Positions 26,985 to 32,864 of a stretch of 32,864 nt of DNA are shown piece after piece (position 1 is the stretch's first letter; every line of letters starts with the position of its first letter). The notes under the pieces are model-generated. The model had not been told where the DNA came from. It did not search any database and was given only the letters and a program-made list of their open reading frames with translations. The stretch comes from Thermodesulfovibrio sp. (GTDB lineage: Bacteria > Nitrospirota > Thermodesulfovibrionia > Thermodesulfovibrionales > Thermodesulfovibrionaceae): NCBI GenBank assembly GCA_026415995.1, contig JAOAGB010000063.1:1-32864 (forward strand). The letters run 5' to 3'. The translations under genes were made by a program, and so were the position numbers.

Positions 26985-29657
26985 TTAGCCTCCTATTTTT
27001 CTTAAACTATTCTTAAGCTCTGTTACAAGTTCCTCTTCTGAAAAGAGAGCTTTGTTAATTATATCCTTTATTCTACCATCTAATTCTTCCTTTTCCTTGT
27101 CACTGAGTTCCTTATTTGTAAGTGCTATTATTGGAGTCTCCTTTAGCTCTGTCGAACCTTTAATAAAATCAATAAAATCAAATGCGCTACTTAATGGATC
27201 CGTTATATTAACTATTAAAAGATCAGGAAATTGAGTTTTCACCAATTCGATAGCCTCTTTACTACTTAAGGCAGAATAAACTTCATAGCCACTCTCTTTA
27301 AGTATTTTTGAAATCTCATTATTCGTCTTTTCATCTCTCTCAAGCAGTAAAACTTTTTTAATAGCTCTGTAGGACTCTAAGTTTTTTATTTTTCTGAGAA
27401 GCAAATAACCATCAAGAGGTTTTACAAAGTAGTCTGCAGCTCCCAAACTAAAAGCAAGTGTTTTATTATCTATTATAGATACTATTATTACTGGAATATC
27501 CTTTGTTTCCTCATCTCCTTTAAGTTCTTTTAATACCTGCCAACCGTCTTTCTTAGGCATCATAATATCAAGAGTTATTGCAACTGGCTTTATTTCTTTT
27601 GCTTTTTTCACCGCCTCTTCACTACTAAGAATTCCTATGACCTTGTAATCTTTCTCTAAATATTTTCTGATTAAATCTACCGCATCGGGATTATCATCAA
27701 TTGCCAAAACAACTTTTTCCTTTTCTGAGGGTCTTGCTATCTCTGAGGTTATCTCCTCCTTATGTAAAACGAGATCTCTTACTACCTCACATATTTTACA
27801 GGCATCAGCCTTTTCAGGATATGAACCCTTTCTCATTCCTTTACAGTGTGTGCCTAAAACAAGCCAACATCTTTTCTCGGAAGAACCATACTCAGGACAG
27901 TTTACATGTCCACACTGAGTATAATCCCAGCATCTAACCATTTTACCTTCATAGGAAGGCTCTTGTAGAAAAACTTCCTTCGGCACTTCAAAATATTTAG
28001 CCAGTTCTTCTGCCATCTTATCTTCTATTACAGGAACAGGCTTATCAAAAACCTCCTTTTTATATGGTAAAAGAACATAGAAAGTACTGCCTTTACCAAC
28101 TTCACTTTCAGCCCATACCATGCCTTTATGTAATGCCACAAGGCCTCTTACAATGCTCAATCCAAGACCAGTTCCTTCATATTGTCTTGTTGTAGACACA
28201 TCGGCCTGAGCGAATTTATCAAAAATTTTATCGAGGTCTTCCTTTTTAATTCCTATACCCGTATCGGTTACTGAAATTTCTATAAATTGAGGATTACCTT
28301 CTTCATCCGGTCCCCTTTCTGAAACTTTTGCCTTTATTGTTATTCCTCCTTCATGGGTAAATTTTACTGCATTTGATATGAGATTTATTAAGATCTGTTT
28401 TGTTTTATCTTCATCCACATAAAGTTTCTCTGCTCCTGGTTCTATATTTAGTGAAAAAGTAAGTCCTTTTTTAGCAATTAAAGGTTCGAAGGTTACCATT
28501 ATTCCGTCGATAAGTTGTTTTAAATCTACTTCTTTAGGTCTAAGCTCAATTTTACCAGATTCTATTTTTGAGATATCGAGAACATCATTTATTAACTGAA
28601 GAAGATGTCTTGCATTTGCTGAAACCTTTTTTAGAGAAGCCTTTTGGTCATCATTCAAAGGTCCGTCAACTTCGTCAAGTAATAAATCTGTATATCCAAT
28701 TATGGCATTCATAGGAGTTCTCAATTCGTGGGACATGTTTGCAATAAATGCTGATTTCAATGTGTCAAGTTCTTTAAGTTGTTTATTTGCTTTCTGAAGT
28801 AAAGCTACAAGCTCTTCTCTTTCTTCAAGAAGTCTTGCTCTGCGAGTAAGCTCTTTTTCCAGTTCCATCTTTGATTTGGCAACTTCATTAACCATATAAT
28901 TAAATGTTTCTATGAGAATGCCAATTTCATCCTTCGGATATTTACTAATAGTAGTCATCTCACCCTTTGCAAATCTTTGTGTTGCATCTACCAATGTGTT
29001 TAATGGATTTCTAATAATCTTTTTTACTATAAATGTAATAACAACTGTACCAAGAAAAAAGGCAAATATGGTGAGAGCTACAGATCTATTTCTTTGAGCA
29101 TTTACAGTTCTATAAACCTCTTCAAGTCCTGTGCTCATTACAAGAGCACCTAAAACTTTTCTTGATGAACCATGACAATGGAAACATTCAGGCGAATTAT
29201 GGATGGGAAGAATGGTGATCAGGTTTCTCTCACCATTTAACTTAAATTCAACAGATTGTTTTGAGGTTGAATTTTGAGATATGCTCCTTTTAAATAAATC
29301 TTTAAACTCTTCATTTGTTATAACATCTTCTATTTTTGAGTGAATTATCTCTTTATTTGTAGAAAATGAAATAAATCCATTGAAATCAGTTAGGTATACT
29401 CTTATATTTTTATATTTTCTACCAATTTCCTCCAAATCCCTATGCATACTATCGCTGTCTCCTACAGTTAATGGATATTTCATTGTGGCATAAATAGTAT
29501 CAAGGACTTCGTTATTACCTGCTTCTACAAGACGTAATCTATCTCCTTTTCCAAAATAAATTCTAAACCATATCTCAATTATCATAACAATCGTGATGAT
29601 AATTATGAATGTTAAAAGAAGCTTATTACCTATTTTTTGAGTTATAAACTTAAACAT
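26985..29657 (-). CDS. Hybrid sensor histidine kinase with periplasmic heme-c motif, HAMP, Cys-rich insertion and two receivers
   Basis: Two TM helices flanking CFHCH; HAMP (DEIGIL); ANMSHELRTPMN; NAVKFT, DTGIGI, GTGLGL; 7-Cys insert; REC1 (TLDIMMP); degenerate REC2. Confidence 0.92.
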   Translation of the reverse strand: MFKFITQKIGNKLLLTFIIIITIVMIIEIWFRIYFGKGDRLRLVEAGNNEVLDTIYATMKYPLTVGDSDSMHRDLEEIGRKYKNIRVYLTDFNGFISFSTNKEIIHSKIEDVITNEEFKDLFKRSISQNSTSKQSVEFKLNGERNLITILPIHNSPECFHCHGSSRKVLGALVMSTGLEEVYRTVNAQRNRSVALTIFAFFLGTVVITFIVKKIIRNPLNTLVDATQRFAKGEMTTISKYPKDEIGILIETFNYMVNEVAKSKMELEKELTRRARLLEEREELVALLQKANKQLKELDTLKSAFIANMSHELRTPMNAIIGYTDLLLDEVDGPLNDDQKASLKKVSANARHLLQLINDVLDISKIESGKIELRPKEVDLKQLIDGIMVTFEPLIAKKGLTFSLNIEPGAEKLYVDEDKTKQILINLISNAVKFTHEGGITIKAKVSERGPDEEGNPQFIEISVTDTGIGIKKEDLDKIFDKFAQADVSTTRQYEGTGLGLSIVRGLVALHKGMVWAESEVGKGSTFYVLLPYKKEVFDKPVPVIEDKMAEELAKYFEVPKEVFLQEPSYEGKMVRCWDYTQCGHVNCPEYGSSEKRCWLVLGTHCKGMRKGSYPEKADACKICEVVRDLVLHKEEITSEIARPSEKEKVVLAIDDNPDAVDLIRKYLEKDYKVIGILSSEEAVKKAKEIKPVAITLDIMMPKKDGWQVLKELKGDEETKDIPVIIVSIIDNKTLAFSLGAADYFVKPLDGYLLLRKIKNLESYRAIKKVLLLERDEKTNNEISKILKESGYEVYSALSSKEAIELVKTQFPDLLIVNITDPLSSAFDFIDFIKGSTELKETPIIALTNKELSDKEKEELDGRIKDIINKALFSEEELVTELKNSLRKIGG

Positions 29658-30088
29658 TAATGAACTCCTCTAAGAAGTGGTCTAAATCTGAAAGTCCTTA
29701 TTCTTTCCTCGGTATGGCATGGTTCACAAGTTTTAGTAGTAAGTTTTCCTATTATATGTTCTCTCTTTCTTGTCTCCACATGCCTTTTACCAGGACCATG
29801 ACAGACTTCACAACCCGTATTTTTAAGATGCGGGGTTTTATCAACACTTACAAAGCCTCCTTTTTTACCATAACCTGTTGTATGACATTCATAACATCCT
29901 CTTAATTCTTCTGGAGTTATTTTATTTTTCATTTTTTCGACACCTAAAAAAGAGCGAGACATACGGGAAAATTTTGTAAAATTATCATACTGTTTTTGAT
30001 GACAAGGTTTACAGCTTTCAGTACCTATATAATCTGAAAAGGCTGTAAATGGTGAAAGGATAATCAGTAATATAATAACTAAGTTCAT
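29657..30088 (-). CDS. Periplasmic tetraheme cytochrome c (c554-like)
   Basis: Signal peptide; YIGTESCKPCH, CYECHTTG, GCEVCHGPG, CEPCH. Confidence 0.92.
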   Translation of the reverse strand: MNLVIILLIILSPFTAFSDYIGTESCKPCHQKQYDNFTKFSRMSRSFLGVEKMKNKITPEELRGCYECHTTGYGKKGGFVSVDKTPHLKNTGCEVCHGPGKRHVETRKREHIIGKLTTKTCEPCHTEERIRTFRFRPLLRGVH

Positions 30089-30094
30089 ATTTAA

Positions 30095-30123
30095 AGATTA
30101 TCAGAAAAGATAAGATTTGTAAA
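30095..30123 (-). promoter_or_regulatory. Putative sigma70 promoter for a leaderless cytochrome c transcript
   Basis: TTTACA (30123-30118), 17 nt ending in TGA, TAATCT (30100-30095), 6 nt, then ATG; no SD. Confidence 0.6.
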
Positions 30124-30170
30124 CTTTTATTGAATAAAAATTTATTTGATAATTATAAAAATTTTTAAAT

Positions 30171-30971
30171 TTAAGATTCTCTTAACATTATTCTTTCAAT
30201 TTTTCTTGCCAGAGCCTTCGAAGAATCTATTTCCACATAAACAGCTGAGAGAATGGAAGAAGTTGATGGAACATCAAACTTTTTAGGCATTTGTGTAAGA
30301 AACTTCTCTATTACTTCATCCTCTTTAAATCCTATAACTGAATTCTCAGGACCTGTCATGCCTACATCTGTTATGTATGCTGTACCCTTTGGAAGAATTT
30401 TTTCATCTGCTGTTTGAACGTGAGTATGGGTACCCACCACTGCACTTACCTTTCCATCAAAATAAAGGGCAAAAGCAATTTTTTCAGAGGTAGCTTCTGC
30501 GTGGAAATCAATAAAAATTATATCTGTCTCTCTTTTAATCCTCTCTATTTCCTTTTTTGTAGCTCTGAAAGGACAATCAAGCATATTCATAAAAATTCTT
30601 CCAGAAACATTCAAAACACAAACTAAATTATTTTTTCTTGTCCTTATTAGGGTGCTTCCCGCTCCTGGAACACCTTCTGGATAGTTTATAGGTCTCAGAA
30701 TTCTTGACTCTTTAGCAATATATGGAACAGCTTCTTTTTTATCCCACACGTGATTTCCAGTTGTTATTACATCTATACCATAAGAAAAAAGTTCTTCTGC
30801 CACTTTTTCTGTTATTCCAAAACCACCTGCCGCATTTTCACCATTAGCTATAACCAATTCAATTTTATATTGATCAACTAATTTTGGAAGCAATGCCCTT
30901 ACAATATTTCTTCCAGCTTTACCAACTATATCTCCAATAAATAGAATATTAACAGTTTCATTATTTGGCAT
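30171..30971 (-). CDS. ymdB: YmdB-family metallophosphoesterase
   Basis: [38 protein letters not shown]; follows rny. Confidence 0.95.
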   Translation of the reverse strand: MPNNETVNILFIGDIVGKAGRNIVRALLPKLVDQYKIELVIANGENAAGGFGITEKVAEELFSYGIDVITTGNHVWDKKEAVPYIAKESRILRPINYPEGVPGAGSTLIRTRKNNLVCVLNVSGRIFMNMLDCPFRATKKEIERIKRETDIIFIDFHAEATSEKIAFALYFDGKVSAVVGTHTHVQTADEKILPKGTAYITDVGMTGPENSVIGFKEDEVIEKFLTQMPKKFDVPSTSSILSAVYVEIDSSKALARKIERIMLRES

Positions 30972-32544
30972 ATTCTATAAATCTTGATTCTCTGATGACT
31001 GTAACTTTTATTTGTCCAGGGTAGCTTAATTCCTTCTCGATTCTTTTGCTTAACTCTCTTGCAATAAGGGCACATTCTTCATCCGTTACCATATCAGGTC
31101 TTACAATGAGTCTAACCTCTCTTCCTGCTTGAATAGCATAGCAGTTTTGAACACCTTGAAAAGACATGGCAAGCTCTTCAAGTTTAGTAAGCCTCTTAAT
31201 ATAACTCTCTATTGTCTCTCTTCGTACTCCTGGCCTGGCTGCGGACAAAGCATCTGCGGCTGCTACAAGAGCAGACTCTACACAACTGAATTCCACATCT
31301 TCATGATGACTTAGGATTGCATTAATAACCTCTTCACCTTCTCCATATTTTCTTGCAAGCATTGCACCTATTTCTTGATGAGAACCTTCCATCTCATGGT
31401 CTACAGCTTTTCCTATGTCATGAAGAAGTCCTGCTCTTTTTGCAAGTGTTACATTCACTCCAATTTCTCCTGCCATTAAACCGCTAAGCCATGCAACTTC
31501 TTTAGAATGTTGAAGCACATTTTGACCATAGGAGGTTCTGTATTTTAGTCTTCCTACAAGCTTAATTACCTCAGGATGAATACCACTTAACCCAAGCTCA
31601 AAAACCGCTTTTTCACCCTCTTCCTTTATTGATATATCCACATCTCTACGAGCCTTCTCCACCACTTCTTCAATTCTCGCAGGATGAATTCTTCCATCAG
31701 CTATTAATCTTTCAAGAGCTATTCTTGCCACTTCTCTTCTTATGGGATCAAAAGATGAAAGTATTACCAATTCTGGCGTATCATCAACTACAAGGTCAAC
31801 TCCTGTAAGAGCTTCAAATGCTCTGATGTTTCTACCTTCTCTTCCTATTATTCTTCCTTTCATTTCATCATTTGGAAGGCTCACTGCAGTAACTGTAGCA
31901 TCTACCACATAATCACTTGCATATCTCTGAACAGCAAGGCTTAATATCTCCTTTGCCTTTTTATCTGCTTCTTGTTTTGCCTCGTCTTCTATTCTTTTAA
32001 TGAGCTTAGCTGCTTCAAATTTAGCCTCCTGTTCAATCCTTCTAAAAAGTTCCTGCCTTGCCTCTTCTTCCTTCATGCCTGCTATTTTTTCTAAAAGACT
32101 TTGCTGTTCTTTTATAAGCTGCTTATAATGATTTTCGCTGTCTTGAATCTGCTTCTCTCTTAAAATTAATTCTTTTTCTATCTTGCTTAATTCAGATTCC
32201 TTTCTATCAACTTGTTCTAACTTACGGTCAAGTAGTTCTTCCTTCTGCCTGAGCCTCTTTTCCTGATAGGTGATCTCCTTAGTTTTTTCTTTAAGCTCTC
32301 TTTCTGCCTCTGATTTTAATTGATATACAATTTCTTTCGCTGAGATATGAGCCTCTTTTTTTATGGTTTCGGCTTCCTTTTTGATAGCTTCTGCTTCTCT
32401 TTTTGCTTCTTCAATAATCTTTTGTACTTCTTCATGGATTTTTGACTTTTCTTCAGTTAATTTGCTCTTTTTATATATATATAAACCATATCCAGAAGCT
32501 ACACCCGCAGCAACAGCAATAAGAATATATATAAATTCCATCAT
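30961..32544 (-). CDS. rny: Ribonuclease Y
   Basis: N-terminal TM, coiled coil, KH ([13 protein letters not shown]), HD (LLHDIGKA); AAGGAGG RBS. Confidence 0.97.
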   Translation of the reverse strand: MMEFIYILIAVAAGVASGYGLYIYKKSKLTEEKSKIHEEVQKIIEEAKREAEAIKKEAETIKKEAHISAKEIVYQLKSEAERELKEKTKEITYQEKRLRQKEELLDRKLEQVDRKESELSKIEKELILREKQIQDSENHYKQLIKEQQSLLEKIAGMKEEEARQELFRRIEQEAKFEAAKLIKRIEDEAKQEADKKAKEILSLAVQRYASDYVVDATVTAVSLPNDEMKGRIIGREGRNIRAFEALTGVDLVVDDTPELVILSSFDPIRREVARIALERLIADGRIHPARIEEVVEKARRDVDISIKEEGEKAVFELGLSGIHPEVIKLVGRLKYRTSYGQNVLQHSKEVAWLSGLMAGEIGVNVTLAKRAGLLHDIGKAVDHEMEGSHQEIGAMLARKYGEGEEVINAILSHHEDVEFSCVESALVAAADALSAARPGVRRETIESYIKRLTKLEELAMSFQGVQNCYAIQAGREVRLIVRPDMVTDEECALIARELSKRIEKELSYPGQIKVTVIRESRFIEYAK

Positions 32545-32655
32545 AACACCTCCTTAAGATTATTTATGTTTGGCTTCCTTGAGGGAATATGATGAAGTGG
32601 ATAGAATAAAAATCTATAAAAATAATTAGTGCTTAACCTCTTTTATATCTATCTT

Positions 32656-32672
32656 AAAGTGGATTACTCCAC
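32656..32672 (-). terminator. Small hairpin just 3' of 6S RNA, possible weak terminator or processing signal
   Basis: GUGGA-GUAA-UCCAC (GNRA loop) followed by UUU. Confidence 0.4.
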
Positions 32673-32682
32673 CATCATCATA

Positions 32683-32852
32683 CCCCCGCCCTGCCGTGTG
32701 GTAGGGAAAGTCAGATCCCACTTGGACAAGTGGGTGCCTTGTAGGTAGGTTAGGCTTCCTCCGAAGAGGCATGCACACCGCTACCTACGCTGGCTCCCTA
32801 ACGGACCTAACTGCCGGATCCCCTTTTCCTCCATCACGCACAGGGCAGGAAG
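32683..32852 (-). ncRNA. ssrS: 6S RNA
   Basis: GC-rich island; closing stem CCUGCCCUGUGCGUG / CACACGGCAGGGCGGG; GGGAGCC and GGCACCCAC motifs flanking the central bubble; inner stem GUAGGUAG/CUACCUAC; located upstream of rny. Ends approximate. Confidence 0.88.
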
Positions 32853-32864
32853 CCTTTATTATTT

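Noticed and set aside
32664-32681. Mini-ORF MMMVE just after 6S RNA
   Set aside because: Five codons, with its possible SD buried in the 6S closing stem; no support as a leader peptide.

Overview
AT-rich bacterial chromosomal window; gene content suggests a Thermodesulfovibrio-like anaerobic sulfate reducer (inference). Mostly core genome, with no recognisable mobile element or CRISPR. In order: mlaE-mlaF-mlaD-tolC (TolC cut by the left edge); tandem tRNA-Arg(TCT)/tRNA-His(GTG); a small CxxC-x8-CxxC ORF; a minus-strand operon (CsoR/CstR-like repressor, FmdB zinc ribbon, Tat-exported polyferredoxin, cytochrome b) divergent from a LysR regulator; fau-folE-folD-metV-metF-pilB-nadB-pyk; argD-argF; a lactate utilisation operon (permease, GlcD/GlcF-type and LldG/LldH-type dehydrogenases, DUF296); an HDAC-family deacetylase; a tetraheme cytochrome c plus heme-c hybrid kinase, single receiver and receiver-kinase cassette; and 6S RNA-rny-ymdB. 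Best leads: (1) the FmdB gene's TGA is followed by a SECIS-like hairpin at fdhF-like spacing, suggesting an unannotated C-terminal selenocysteine within a chalcogen-responsive redox module lacking a catalytic subunit; (2) a cytochrome c-coupled heme sensor kinase carrying a 7-Cys CW insertion and no DNA-binding output; (3) a tandem palindromic activator site before the lactate operon; (4) repeated leaderless-type starts; (5) an alternative RNA structure between 6S RNA and rny. All assignments are from reading motifs by eye; no searches were run.
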